DNA from: a virus
Lineage: Duplodnaviria; Caudoviricetes
IMG/VR virus record: IMGVR_UViG_3300037869_000010
Span: 1-43,829 of that record
Strand: one strand, 5' to 3'
Length of the DNA stretch: 43,829 bases
A model generated the notes under the pieces. The model saw nothing but the letters and a program-made list of their open reading frames with translations. It was not told the DNA's origin and did not search any database. Numbering within the stretch: position 1 is the stretch's first letter; the number at the start of each line of letters is the position of its first letter. Positions 9,470 to 18,842 of the stretch are shown here, piece by piece. The position numbers were made by a program, and so were the translations under genes.

Positions 9470-10414
9470 TTATTCGTTATTCGGGATGCTGTCCGTCAGG
9501 ATAATCGGCACGCCGTTGCACTCCGTGGGCACGGGCGCGTATTGGAGGATCCCGCTGTCCGTCTTGGCCGTGCTGACGGTCGAACGGGTGTTGCGCAGCT
9601 GGAGCTCGCACGCGGTGTTCATGAACCAGCGCAGACCGCTCGAGCGACGCATGAAGATCGGCAACTTGCTGATCGCCGCGGCGCCCAGGGCGTCAGAGAA
9701 CGGTTTGGCAGTCGTGCACAACTTGACGCGCACGATGGAGCGGGTGTGACCGAAAGCCAGGCCGAGCCAACCGGACAGGTTGTTCGTCCAGGCGTGATAC
9801 GCTTTGCCGTTGGCGTCGGTGACTTGCTGGCGAACCCATTCGCCCATCTGCAAACCGGCGTTGCGGCCGAATTTCCAGTGCAATCCCTGCGGATCGTTCC
9901 AGACCAGCCATGCCGACGTCGCGGCGCCGGATGAACCGGTGGCGCTGACTTCGCAGTTGGTGGTGTCGTACAAACTTTGCAGTCCAACGAACCCTTTGGC
10001 ATCGGCTGTGACGCCGCGGTAAAAGGAATCGCCGACGTGGATCAGTTTCTGGCGCACAACGCCGATCGATTCGTCGGCAAGAATGTCGCCGGCGGAATTG
10101 CCTTCGGCCTGGCCGGAGCTGACAACCATTTCGTCGGTGCGGAGCTGCGCATCCAGGAAGAAGCATTGGCCGATCCCCTGTTCGTAAATGCTCGAGACGA
10201 TGTCCGAGCCTTCGTTGGCGTTACGGAAAACGGGCGCGCTGGGGAGGGCGATGCGCTTTTTGATTTTGTAGGTGGTGCCGTTTACCGGCAGCCCGCTGAG
10301 CGATTCGAGTTCGGGGGCGACGGTGTTGACTTCTTCGATCAGACCCACAGCGGCGCCGTCCGGGCCGACGTCGCGTTTGGTCATGTCGAGGAGAGTTAGA
10401 AATTTATCTGCCAT
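9470..10414 (-). CDS. major capsid protein
   Basis: 314 aa after protease and scaffold; FRNANEG, KGFVGL and C-terminal GVPIILTDSI motifs. Confidence 0.78.
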   Translation of the reverse strand: MADKFLTLLDMTKRDVGPDGAAVGLIEEVNTVAPELESLSGLPVNGTTYKIKKRIALPSAPVFRNANEGSDIVSSIYEQGIGQCFFLDAQLRTDEMVVSSGQAEGNSAGDILADESIGVVRQKLIHVGDSFYRGVTADAKGFVGLQSLYDTTNCEVSATGSSGAATSAWLVWNDPQGLHWKFGRNAGLQMGEWVRQQVTDANGKAYHAWTNNLSGWLGLAFGHTRSIVRVKLCTTAKPFSDALGAAAISKLPIFMRRSSGLRWFMNTACELQLRNTRSTVSTAKTDSGILQYAPVPTECNGVPIILTDSIPNNE

Positions 10415-10446
10415 AGGTTTTTTGGGGGGTGGTTGGGATCGTTAAA

Positions 10447-10893
10447 TCAGAGCGCGGCGAGTTGGGTTTCGATGGCAGCGCTGAGTTTCTCGCGGCCTTT
10501 AAGTTTGCTGGCGGCCTGGGCTGCGTCCGTGGGGGCTGCGTCGGGCTTGATGGCCAACGGAGGAACTCCCTGGGTGGCGGTGATCGCCGCGGCACGTACC
10601 GAGACGGTGGAGTCCACTTTGGCGGCGCTGGCAGCGGTGGCGGACGCGAGGGCGGCGGCGTCCGATGCCTGGGTCGCAATAGTGGCCTTGAGTGTGGAGA
10701 TCTCGACGCCTTGGGAGGCAACGAGCGCTTTGGCTGTGGCCAGGTCCGCGCGCGCGAGGGCGTACGCCTGGCGATCGGTCTCGAGGGCGACGGTGAGGTC
10801 GCTCACTTGTTTCTGGCTGGAAGCCAGAGCCTGGTCGATCGTGGCGCTGATTTTGCCCACGTTCGCGGTGAGGTCTTTAATGTCTTGGATCAT
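10447..10893 (-). CDS. putative scaffolding protein
   Basis: Ala-rich coiled coil immediately upstream of the capsid gene. Confidence 0.55.
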   Translation of the reverse strand: MIQDIKDLTANVGKISATIDQALASSQKQVSDLTVALETDRQAYALARADLATAKALVASQGVEISTLKATIATQASDAAALASATAASAAKVDSTVSVRAAAITATQGVPPLAIKPDAAPTDAAQAASKLKGREKLSAAIETQLAAL

Positions 10894-10953
10894 AGATTTG
10901 GTTGTGCGCCGGAGCGCTGCTGTCTAATGGAGGGCGGCGGAGTCAATGGGGGA

Positions 10954-11051
10954 AGAGGTCAGCGATCAGAGGTCAGAGGTCAGTCAGAGGGAGAAGAGGT
11001 CAGACGAAGAAGAGTCCGTCCTGACCTCTGACCTCTGACTTCTGACCTCTG
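10954..11051. repeat. heptamer hairpin element, family H
   Basis: Tandem CAGAGGT units and inverted ACCTCTG units; intergenic, next to a TTGACT motif. Confidence 0.85.
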
Positions 11052-11053
11052 TT

Positions 11054-11467
11054 TTACGCCTCGGGCGTGGGCGTGGGCGCGGCTTGGTCTTCGACCTTGG
11101 CGTCGCTGACTTCTAACTCGGCGGTCAGTGCGTCGGCGGCTTCGGTCAATTCCGGGGTGGCGTTGGGCTGGTTGCCCGCGGCTTCGAGGAGGTCCTTGAT
11201 GAGCTGGGCCTGCTTGTCTTGTTCGGATTCGATCTTGCCTAGCTTGGCGAGCGCGTCGCGCAGTTGCTGGGCTATTTCGGCTTGGGTTTTTGCCATGAGT
11301 TTTTCCAATCTTTGAAGGTCTTGTTTGGTTGCGAGATCGGCGTGGCCCTTCAACCACGCGAGCTCGAGGAGGGATGACAGATGACAGATGACAGATGACA
11401 GATGACAGACGAGGTCCCCTGACCTCTGACCTCTGACCTCTGGCCTCTGGCTTCTGTCCTCGTTCAT
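11054..11467 (-). CDS. coiled-coil hypothetical protein with a repeat-encoded N-terminus
   Basis: ATGA overlap with the protease stop; first ~32 codons come from heptamer repeats. Confidence 0.65.
   Translation of the reverse strand: MNEDRSQRPEVRGQRSGDLVCHLSSVICHLSSLLELAWLKGHADLATKQDLQRLEKLMAKTQAEIAQQLRDALAKLGKIESEQDKQAQLIKDLLEAAGNQPNATPELTEAADALTAELEVSDAKVEDQAAPTPTPEA
11373..11457. repeat. family H element (GATGACA x5, then CTGACCT units) within a CDS
   Basis: Directly visible tandem heptamers. Confidence 0.85.
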
Positions 11468-12273
11468 TTCAACAGTTGCGCGATCAGCTCGGCTTTGCTC
11501 GACACAATGCCGTCGATCAAGTTGCGTTCGAGGGCTTCCTTGGCCATGAAGGTCTGGCCTTGCATCGTGGCGTCGGTCACTACGCCGCGGTGCGCTTGCA
11601 CGTGGGCGGTGAACATGCCGTGGATGTCGTTGACGCGCTGCTGCAGGTGCGCGCGCTGGGCCTCGGTCATCTTGGTACCTGGAAATCCCGCGCCTTTGAG
11701 CGTGCCCGCGGTGATCAGGTCCACTTTCAAACCGCGCTTGGCCATGGCTTCGGTGGAATCAATGACCGGGAGGTAAACGCCAATCGAACCGATGTTGGCG
11801 GTCTCGGTGGCGAAAATGGCGTCGGCGCTGGCGCCGATCCAATACGCGCCGCTGGCCATCGAGCCGTCCGTGAATGCGTAAACGGGTTTCTTGATGCGGC
11901 CGATCTGGGCGCTTAATTCCGGAGTGCCCGTGACCATGCCGCCGGGGGAATCGATGTGGAGGAGGATGCGAGTGACGTTCGGATCAGCGGTGGCCACGTT
12001 CAGCTCGCGCGAGATGTCGTTGACGTCCACTGCGCCCGAGCCCTTTTCCATGCCGCTCAGTTTTTTGCCGATCACACCGCCGATCGGGATGTGGGCCATG
12101 CCATCGATGATGACCATGGATTCCATCTCGACGGCGTTGCCGCACGGGTCGGTCCCTTCGCGCTGAGTGTCAGCCAGGTGGGATTCGAGCAGGTGAACGA
12201 TCGCTGCGTGGCCAGCCTCAGTGATGAGCCAGGGCTGGAAATAAACTTGTTCGATGACGTGTTGGTAACGCAC
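11464..12273 (-). CDS. S49 family capsid maturation protease
   Basis: IDSPGG, MASGAYWIG, IGSIGV and GLIDGI-like motifs. Confidence 0.9.
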   Translation of the reverse strand: MRYQHVIEQVYFQPWLITEAGHAAIVHLLESHLADTQREGTDPCGNAVEMESMVIIDGMAHIPIGGVIGKKLSGMEKGSGAVDVNDISRELNVATADPNVTRILLHIDSPGGMVTGTPELSAQIGRIKKPVYAFTDGSMASGAYWIGASADAIFATETANIGSIGVYLPVIDSTEAMAKRGLKVDLITAGTLKGAGFPGTKMTEAQRAHLQQRVNDIHGMFTAHVQAHRGVVTDATMQGQTFMAKEALERNLIDGIVSSKAELIAQLLK

Positions 12274-12297
12274 TCACCTGAAGGGGGCGAAGTCAAC

Positions 12298-12413
12298 GTA
12301 GGACAGGCGTCTCGCCTGTCTGGTCCAAAGGCGCGTCAGAGCGCCGTTGGACAAATGGGGGTTCAGGTGGGAGTGGCTTGCCGCGGCTGTACCGCGGCTG
12401 ACAGGCGAGACGC
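12298..12413. repeat. REP family A element with truncated right arm
   Basis: GTAGGACAGGCGTCTCGCCTGTC at 12298-12320; GACAGGCGAGACGC at 12400-12413. Confidence 0.9.
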
Positions 12414-12415
12414 GT

Positions 12416-12955
12416 TTAAGCCACGGACCTGGTCTCGACTTCGGTCAGCTTGGGTTCTACGAAGAAGCTCTCTTCCTGGATGACGGCGACGCCGACGGCG
12501 GTCACATCTTCGGTAGTGAGGACTTTCTGGCGGTACGCAGCGAGGATTGCTTCCTTGTCGATCTCTTCCTTGGTGCGCACGTAGCCCAGGCCCCAGGTAT
12601 TTAACTTGAGAGCCGCCAGGACCATTTTCCAGGTCCATTTCTTGAGCTTCGCCAGCTTGGGTGTGCCCGTCCGGAAACCCACGGTGCCGTGCATGAACTC
12701 AATCGACTTGCGTTTGCCCTTGAATTCTTCGGGGTTCGCCTCGGCCCAGGCCTGCGCCACGGTGGTCTTTTCTTCGACGAGCTTTTTGAGCTCGCCTAGG
12801 TGGACGTCGTACTTCTCGCGAATGGCCTGCAGTTGGCGATCCATCTCCGCGCTGAGCTTGCGCTGCTCGATGGTCAGCGCGGCGATCTCGCCGACGAGTT
12901 CTTCCATCGCCGCGCGGCTCTGGATTATTGGGGAGGTGATTTTAATGCGGGACAT
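12416..12955 (-). CDS. gam: Mu Gam-like host-nuclease inhibitor
   Basis: Coiled coil then KSIEF.HGTVGFRTGTP, YVRTKEEIDKEAIL and QEESFFVEP; start moved to ATG 12955. Confidence 0.85.
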   Translation of the reverse strand: MSRIKITSPIIQSRAAMEELVGEIAALTIEQRKLSAEMDRQLQAIREKYDVHLGELKKLVEEKTTVAQAWAEANPEEFKGKRKSIEFMHGTVGFRTGTPKLAKLKKWTWKMVLAALKLNTWGLGYVRTKEEIDKEAILAAYRQKVLTTEDVTAVGVAVIQEESFFVEPKLTEVETRSVA

Positions 12956-13061
12956 GGGGAAACTTTTGTTTTCTATTTTCTGTCCCACGGTGCCAGCAAG
13001 ATCATGAGCAAGATCAGGAGGCAGAGGACTTCGATAGCTGCGCGTGACATGGCAAGTAATT

Positions 13062-13140
13062 GGAGCGCGGCGTTCACGCTGCTTCAGTGTCCGCAAGCCC
13101 TGGGCGTTTGTAAGATGAAGCGGCGTGAACGCCGCGCTCC
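13062..13140. repeat. 79-bp family B element, spacer in reverse orientation
   Basis: Same arms; spacer is the reverse complement of the copy-1 type. Confidence 0.92.
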
Positions 13141-13487
13141 GCAATCCGGCCCATCCGCCGTTTCCTGGCGGGGACAGGGGGCGCCGGAGGGCGGTTTTCT
13201 TTCAGGTGCTTTTGCCGCAGGCGCGTGTTTTTGCGACAGGCCCGGCGCTTGCGCATCTTCCTTTGCACCTCCCGCGAAGCGGCCAGCATGAGCCGGAGCT
13301 GGCTCTTGCACGTCGCCAGTTCGTTGCGCGCCATGCTTAACGAAATCCTGAGCTGATCGATCTCTGATTTAACAGAACCAGGTCCAGAGCCAGATCCAAC
13401 AGGAGGAAGCGGAGATAGCGGAGAAGAGGGAGAATTTTGATTTGTCTTCTCTGCTCTCTCTGCTTCCTCCTGTTCAATCTTCTTCAT
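13074..13487 (-). CDS. basic coiled-coil hypothetical protein with both termini repeat-derived
   Basis: ATG 13487 overlaps the end of the portal gene; N-terminus is family D and C-terminus runs into family B. Confidence 0.5.
   Translation of the reverse strand: MKKIEQEEAERAEKTNQNSPSSPLSPLPPVGSGSGPGSVKSEIDQLRISLSMARNELATCKSQLRLMLAASREVQRKMRKRRACRKNTRLRQKHLKENRPPAPPVPARKRRMGRIAERGVHAASSYKRPGLADTEAA
13394..13478. repeat. family D element
   Basis: AACAGGAGGAAGCGGAGATAGCGGAG ... CTCTGCTCTCTCTGCTTCCTCCTGTT; its edge overlaps the portal TGA. Confidence 0.9.
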
Positions 13488-15096
13488 TGCTGCCGCCCAT
13501 CCCAGGCGCTTGCGGCGCTTGCGGCGGCGCCTCGGCCAGTACTGTCGCCCCACCTAACTGATCCTGTTCCAGGCGCGCGAGGACGACGTCGATGGGCACG
13601 CTGTGCTTGTCCGCCTGGCGCCGGGCGCGCGTCAATAGATCGTCCACTTCCTTTTCCCGCATGTCGCGCACGTCCTTGAGGCTCTCGCCCCGTTCGGCGG
13701 TGGCTTTGGTCCGCGTCTTGATGCCGGTCCGGATTTCCTGGGCGTCCACGTCCGAATTATACTTGGCGTCGGCCGTCAACTTGGCCGGGCCCTGGAATTC
13801 CCACGCGTACCAATCGATGTCGAAGGGGAGCAGGCCGAGGGACGTCGGAGCGTCAGAGCGTCCAAGCGTGGAAGCGTTACGCTCCGAGGCTCCGACGCTC
13901 CGACGCTCTTCTGGCCGCTGCATCACGCAGGAGAGCGCATAGGAATTATATCGCCGGCAGGTCGGCTCGAGGATCAGGTCCTGATCGCTGCCGATCGAGC
14001 GGTTGATCTTGTCCACGCACACGCGCATCGAGGCGCCGCCGATCTTCGTGGGGTCCACGCTGAAATCGACCGACCAATCCAGGCCCGCGAAGTTGCCCCG
14101 GATCACGTCGGCCACGAAAGCGCTCTGGTTTGCCGTCGGGCGGTCCGCGATGTGCGCCTTGAGGCCCGAACCGCTCTTGCTCTTGAAATAGCGGATCATT
14201 CCCTTGTCGAATTTCTCGTATTGCAACCCGGTGGGTGTGCCGGGCTGGGCCACGCCGCCGGAGGCGTCCACCAGGTAGTCTGATCCGGGGACCGGTTCGC
14301 CCTCTTCGTTGTCTTCGCTTAAAATGATGCCGGCGTTGGCCACCTGGGACACGAGCTCGGCTTCTTGCCAGGCAAAGGCGTCTTGCCAGCGGTTCATGCC
14401 GGCGCCCAGGGTCGAGAAGCCGCGCAGTTGCCCGGCAAACGTCGGGATGAAGGTCAGGAACATGTCGCGCGCGCTGATGTCGGTGTACGTATCGAAGTCG
14501 AAGGGGTCACCAGTGATGATCCGGTAGGCGAGCGGGGCGCCGTAATCGTTGACGATCACGCCGTCGATGATCGCGGCGCCGTCATAGGCGCCGCCCGTGA
14601 CGGTTAATTCATAGGGCCGGCTGGCGATTCGATGGGCGGGAATGGTTTGCAGTTGGGGGTAGCCGTCTTCCCGCCGGGTGAGGAGGGTGCCGCAGTCTCC
14701 ATCACGATGCACCGCGATGATGAGGTTTCGGCGGTAGGTCCGTGCATTGTAGGGCCAGCCGGCCACATCACAAATTTTTCCATGCTCGTAAAGCCAGTCC
14801 TCCGCCAGTTCGCCCCACGCATGGTTCTTCCCCGTGTATTGAGCCAGGTAATGGCTCGAGGCGTACTCGGCTTTCTCATTCAAAGCACCCTTTACGATCG
14901 GGATGTTTGCGTAAATCCAGCGCCCGAGCGTCATCAAGGTTCTCCGGCCGAAATGGGAGATGTTTTTGTGGACGTCGCTGTCCAGCGCGGGGATCTGTTC
15001 GCGATCGGTGGTCTGCGTGGCCGCGCGGATGAGCTTGTTGTTCGAGTAGCCGCGGCTCGAGCGTTTCTCGATGAATTTGTAGGGGGCGGGGGTCAT
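13474..15096 (-). CDS. portal protein, lambda family
   Basis: RDGDC, DGVIVNDYGAPLAYRI, GQLRGFS and EIRTGIKT..AERG motifs; follows terL and the gpW-like gene. Confidence 0.85.
   Translation of the reverse strand: MTPAPYKFIEKRSSRGYSNNKLIRAATQTTDREQIPALDSDVHKNISHFGRRTLMTLGRWIYANIPIVKGALNEKAEYASSHYLAQYTGKNHAWGELAEDWLYEHGKICDVAGWPYNARTYRRNLIIAVHRDGDCGTLLTRREDGYPQLQTIPAHRIASRPYELTVTGGAYDGAAIIDGVIVNDYGAPLAYRIITGDPFDFDTYTDISARDMFLTFIPTFAGQLRGFSTLGAGMNRWQDAFAWQEAELVSQVANAGIILSEDNEEGEPVPGSDYLVDASGGVAQPGTPTGLQYEKFDKGMIRYFKSKSGSGLKAHIADRPTANQSAFVADVIRGNFAGLDWSVDFSVDPTKIGGASMRVCVDKINRSIGSDQDLILEPTCRRYNSYALSCVMQRPEERRSVGASERNASTLGRSDAPTSLGLLPFDIDWYAWEFQGPAKLTADAKYNSDVDAQEIRTGIKTRTKATAERGESLKDVRDMREKEVDDLLTRARRQADKHSVPIDVVLARLEQDQLGGATVLAEAPPQAPQAPGMGGSNEED
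13843..13908. repeat. family E element in frame within the portal gene
   Basis: Encodes ERRSVGASERNASTLGRSDAPT between SCVMQ and LGLLP. Confidence 0.85.
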
Positions 15097-15100
15097 TGGC

Positions 15101-15183
<83 letters not shown>

Positions 15184-15191
15184 GTGCTCAT

Positions 15192-15443
15192 TCAGTAGAT
15201 CACCTTCGTGCGCGTCACGCGCCGGATGTTCGCGAGCGGGTAATTCGTCGGGTCCAGCAGGTAAAGGGCGTAGAGCAGCCGTTGCATGCGCGTGGCGATG
15301 TCGTCCTGGACTTGCTTGCCCGTCGAGAGGTCGCCCGTGGTGACTGAGGTGGTGATTTTCCCGGCCGCGGCGTCGGCCTGAGCGCTGGCCAACTGTTCCT
15401 CGAGCCAGACTTGGGATTTACCTATGAAATAGTTGAGCGGCAT
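15192..15443 (-). CDS. gpW-like head-tail joining protein
   Basis: 83 aa between terL and portal with helix-hairpin-helix character. Confidence 0.6.
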   Translation of the reverse strand: MPLNYFIGKSQVWLEEQLASAQADAAAGKITTSVTTGDLSTGKQVQDDIATRMQRLLYALYLLDPTNYPLANIRRVTRTKVIY

Positions 15444-15466
15444 CTGTTAAGAGCGCTCAAGTCAAC

Positions 15467-15520
15467 GTAGGACAGGCGTCTCGCCTGTCTTGTCAACGGC
15501 GCGTCAGAGCGCCGTTGACA
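15467..15520. repeat. REP family A left arm plus inner hairpin
   Basis: Exact arm followed by TGTCAACGGCGCGTCAGAGCGCCGTTGACA; similar inner hairpins occur in the 12298, 33354, 34696 and 40234 copies. Confidence 0.9.
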
Positions 15521-15551
15521 AGCCCCGGCTTTGGCGTAAACCGGTCAAGTT

Positions 15552-15836
15552 ATGAAACTACAAATCGGAGTTACGGCGACTGGGCTGGACCTGGCCGCCG
15601 CTCTTGACGGAGATCAAGGGACATTCGTCTGCCAGCAGGGCGGGCAAACGTATCTGGTGGGCGCCAAGGAAGGCCATTCCATCAGCTACGGCCCCACCCC
15701 TATCGGCGTGCGCGTTGTCGAGGCCAACACCTCGAACAGCCTGTCACCAGAACCGTGGAAGATCACCAAGATCGCGGACAACGACATCACCGCGCAGTTC
15801 CGCCAGCAAACGCAGCGGCGGAATCTCGAAACGTAA
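15552..15836 (+). CDS. hypothetical protein antisense to the head operon (moron-like)
   Basis: 94-aa ATG ORF filling the gap between terL and the gpW-like gene. Confidence 0.55.
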   Translation: MKLQIGVTATGLDLAAALDGDQGTFVCQQGGQTYLVGAKEGHSISYGPTPIGVRVVEANTSNSLSPEPWKITKIADNDITAQFRQQTQRRNLET

Positions 15837-15845
15837 AAAGCTCAA

Positions 15846-15870
15846 GAGGTCAGAGATCAGTCTGACCTCT
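15846..15870. repeat. short family H hairpin
   Basis: AGAGGTCAGAGATCAGTCTGACCTCT between convergent genes. Confidence 0.6.
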
Positions 15871-15906
15871 TGCTCTCCAGCCTACGCCCGCGCGCAATGC
15901 AACGGC

Positions 15907-17817
15907 TCACGCTTCGACGCTTACTTCCTCCGTCGCCACGGCCGCCGTGTCCCCAATTATCCGCAGCATGAACGCCCGGGTGAGTGACATGCAACGACAG
16001 TCCCAAATGTGGTTATCCCGAAACTTTTTCCAGAACCATTTGCGCGTGGTGGGATTGAACTCTTTGCGCTCGCTGAACATTTGCCGCGCATAGGTCTGGT
16101 TCCACGGGCCCTTGAGCACGTACGCGCGCGCGCCGGCGTGCAGTGCGGCCGTCATCGAGTCGCGCCGGTCCGCGGCGACGCTCTTGATCCAGCCGTGGTA
16201 CCACACCACGATCGAACAGTAACGTCCGCGGACGTCCAGAACGCTCTTGTCGTCGTGCGCCAGGCCTTGGCAAGGGTCGCCCTTGGGCAAGGGCCAGACG
16301 TAGGGCATTAAGACGGCCTTGCCCTTCTGCGGGCCGTGCCGCGCTTTGTAATAATATCCGTCGCCGGCCTCGCCCTTGGCCGCGCGCCAGCATTGCCAGC
16401 GTTTCCCGCCAGGAACGGTTTCCCAGGTGCCGTTGCGGGTGCATTGAACGAATACGTCGTGCGGACGGAAGCGGCAATCGACGGTGACCAGGCCGTCCGG
16501 GACTTTGTGCTCCAGTTGCTTCGCGCGGACGTCCTCCCAGGTGACGAGCATCCCCGCCCAGAGGACAATGTCGTCGCCGGCGGCCGTCCAGGCCTCGACG
16601 ACTACCCAAAACCCGTACGTCTGCACGTCCACGGCCATCAGCAGGATCGTGAAGGTCTTGCCGTCGTGCACGACCGCGCCGTCCTGCGAGCTGGTGAGCT
16701 CGATGGTGGGGAACGTCTCGACGTCGTCGTGCAGCACCGGGTCATACGGGATGGCCATGCGCTTGAGCCAGAATTCGCGCAGGGGAATGCGATTGCCGAG
16801 CTTGGCTTGTTCCTTGGCGCGCAGGTACTCTTCGATCAATAAACCGAAGGAAATTTGATCCGAAGCGTGCGAAGGCCATTGAAAGGAGCGTTTGTCGCGC
16901 GGTGCGTTTGGGTTCGTCGGGACGTACCGAGCGTAATCGTTCATGTCGCGGCGGTTCTTGGGCGTGTCGAGGATCAGGAAGCTGCAGTTGACGCACTTGT
17001 AGGCGGCGCTGGCTTTCACGGCGTCGTAATTCCACACGCCGTCGGGCCGGGTCGTCGCGTCGGTGGTCCAGGTCATCCCGGCGTACGTGCCGTCTTCGCG
17101 GCGCACACTCCAACCGAATGGCTGGTAGAAATGGCACGCGGGACAGGGGAATTGCCAGGTCTCCTTACTGCCGGCTTCGTAGGCTTGATCGAGATCGTCA
17201 CCTTTCTCGCCGGCCTGGCTGATGTTGATAATCTTCGAGCGCCAATGGAAGTAAGTGGTCCGGGCTTTCGCGTGCAGATACATCCCTTGTTCCCACGACC
17301 AGAGTTCCTCGTTGATGACGAATGGAACGGAGTGGGTTTGGAGATTGCTCGGATGCGCGCCCTGGATCGCCAGCCACATGCTCGGGAAGTGAATTTCTTT
17401 TTTGCTCTTCTTGTGGGCGTGGATCTTGTCGAGCTGCGCGATGATCGGTGGACAGTTGTTAAGCAGCGGGACGGCGCGCCGCTTGGCGTAGTCCTCAGCC
17501 CATTCTTCGGTGGGGAAGTTCCAGAGTAAGTTGCCGGGGTTGTTGCAAATGATGTCGCACACGGTGAGGTCGCCGATGAGTGACTTGCCCGTTTGCACGC
17601 CGGCCAACACGGTGATCTCGCGCACGAGCGGATCGCGAATCGCATCGAGCGGTCCCATGAGGTAACGGGATTTCTCGACGTGGAAATATCCCGAGATGGC
17701 GTAACAGGAGGGGAGATTGACGTGAGTGGCAGCCCATTCGTAAATGGGCCGGCGGTCGAAGGGGCGCCAGGCCAGCCGCCACGCTTCGAGGATCTGCTCT
17801 TCGGGGAGAGGAGGCAC
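15907..17817 (-). CDS. terL: terminase large subunit, lambda gpA family
   Basis: Walker A AGVQTGKS, Walker B VINEE, CPAC..Q and YKC..C zinc motifs, nuclease AVDVQ and NHIWDC. Confidence 0.9.
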   Translation of the reverse strand: MPPLPEEQILEAWRLAWRPFDRRPIYEWAATHVNLPSCYAISGYFHVEKSRYLMGPLDAIRDPLVREITVLAGVQTGKSLIGDLTVCDIICNNPGNLLWNFPTEEWAEDYAKRRAVPLLNNCPPIIAQLDKIHAHKKSKKEIHFPSMWLAIQGAHPSNLQTHSVPFVINEELWSWEQGMYLHAKARTTYFHWRSKIINISQAGEKGDDLDQAYEAGSKETWQFPCPACHFYQPFGWSVRREDGTYAGMTWTTDATTRPDGVWNYDAVKASAAYKCVNCSFLILDTPKNRRDMNDYARYVPTNPNAPRDKRSFQWPSHASDQISFGLLIEEYLRAKEQAKLGNRIPLREFWLKRMAIPYDPVLHDDVETFPTIELTSSQDGAVVHDGKTFTILLMAVDVQTYGFWVVVEAWTAAGDDIVLWAGMLVTWEDVRAKQLEHKVPDGLVTVDCRFRPHDVFVQCTRNGTWETVPGGKRWQCWRAAKGEAGDGYYYKARHGPQKGKAVLMPYVWPLPKGDPCQGLAHDDKSVLDVRGRYCSIVVWYHGWIKSVAADRRDSMTAALHAGARAYVLKGPWNQTYARQMFSERKEFNPTTRKWFWKKFRDNHIWDCRCMSLTRAFMLRIIGDTAAVATEEVSVEA

Positions 17818-17939
17818 AAGCAGCGGCTACGCTGCAAGGATGAAAAACCCCTAGAGACCAATCGAAGGGAAAGACCTTACAGCGTCAGCCGCTACTTGAA
17901 GGGGGTTGAGTCAATGAGGGAATGTCTTCATCCAGTCGA

Positions 17940-18185
17940 TCACTCCGTCTTGTTCGTTTGGCTCACGCTGGCAAACTGCGGCACGAGCGCGCCCTTGACG
18001 ATCGAGATGGCGATGAACAGCCCGACACAATCCCAAAACGGAATGCGCTGATAGAGCTCCGGCAGCCAGTAAAAGTATTTCGCCCCGATGCCGCACGCCG
18101 TCCAGCAGATCCAAAACGGAACCGACAACGACACGTTGGCCACCAACGACAGCAGCCATCCAATGACCGGAAGTTTGTTAATCAT
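17940..18185 (-). CDS. small two-TM membrane protein
   Basis: 81 aa, hydrophobic; ATGA overlap with terS. Confidence 0.6.
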   Translation of the reverse strand: MINKLPVIGWLLSLVANVSLSVPFWICWTACGIGAKYFYWLPELYQRIPFWDCVGLFIAISIVKGALVPQFASVSQTNKTE

Positions 18186-18754
18186 ACCTTTGCAATTTTG
18201 TTGGCCGCTTCATAAAACCGAGTGCACAGCCGATCGTTAGCCTTGCGAGTTTCGATCCGAATCGCTTCCGCCGAAAGCCCCGCGATCACCGGCGGCAACT
18301 CATCTTCATAAATCGCCCGCAGTTGGGATTTGAGCTGCTCGCCAATCCCCGCGATCGCCGCCAGCACCGGCGCCAGCGCGATCACCCCGCCCGAGTCCAC
18401 GGCGTTTGCGTGCTCGATCCTTTTGCACTGGCCCAACAGGCGCCGGCATTCCAGCGCGTCTCGGTCCACCCCGCCGCCGGCCGCCTCATTGTTCTTGGCC
18501 TCCAGCCACGGTTGCAACTCCGCCGGATAAACCCGGCTCCCATGAAACCCCGGCGCCCCATCGCGCTTCAACTTCTGCAGAACTCTCTTGGGGATCCCCA
18601 GCGCCGCCGCCGCCTGCCCAATCGAATCGTAAACCTGCGGCTCCGCTGGCTGTGCTGGCTCCGGTGTGCTGGTCGTGTCCGACTTCGTTGTACTGGTGGT
18701 CTCCGACTTCGCTGTGCTCGTCTGGCCCTTCGCGCGTTTTTTCGTTTTTTGCAT
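18182..18754 (-). CDS. terS: terminase small subunit (Nu1-like)
   Basis: Winged-HTH-like AAAALGIPKRVLQKLKRDGAP then coiled coil; upstream of terL. Confidence 0.7.
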   Translation of the reverse strand: MQKTKKRAKGQTSTAKSETTSTTKSDTTSTPEPAQPAEPQVYDSIGQAAAALGIPKRVLQKLKRDGAPGFHGSRVYPAELQPWLEAKNNEAAGGGVDRDALECRRLLGQCKRIEHANAVDSGGVIALAPVLAAIAGIGEQLKSQLRAIYEDELPPVIAGLSAEAIRIETRKANDRLCTRFYEAANKIAKV

Positions 18755-18842
18755 TTCGCGCGAAATTTGAGGGGAGAAAGCTTTCTCTAACTCTGGTTGA
18801 TGTGGCGAAGAGATTCCTTACGGGGGGGGTGGGGTGGGGGCC

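Noticed and set aside
12416-12955. Mu-like transposable phage
   Set aside because: No transposase or MuB; lambda-type terminase and portal and a tyrosine integrase are present
12956-13144. Long N-terminal extensions in the ORF track (also 2287, 4782, 8936, 26233, 30066, 33425)
   Set aside because: They begin inside repeats, terminators or upstream genes; downstream starts fit overlaps or promoter spacing better
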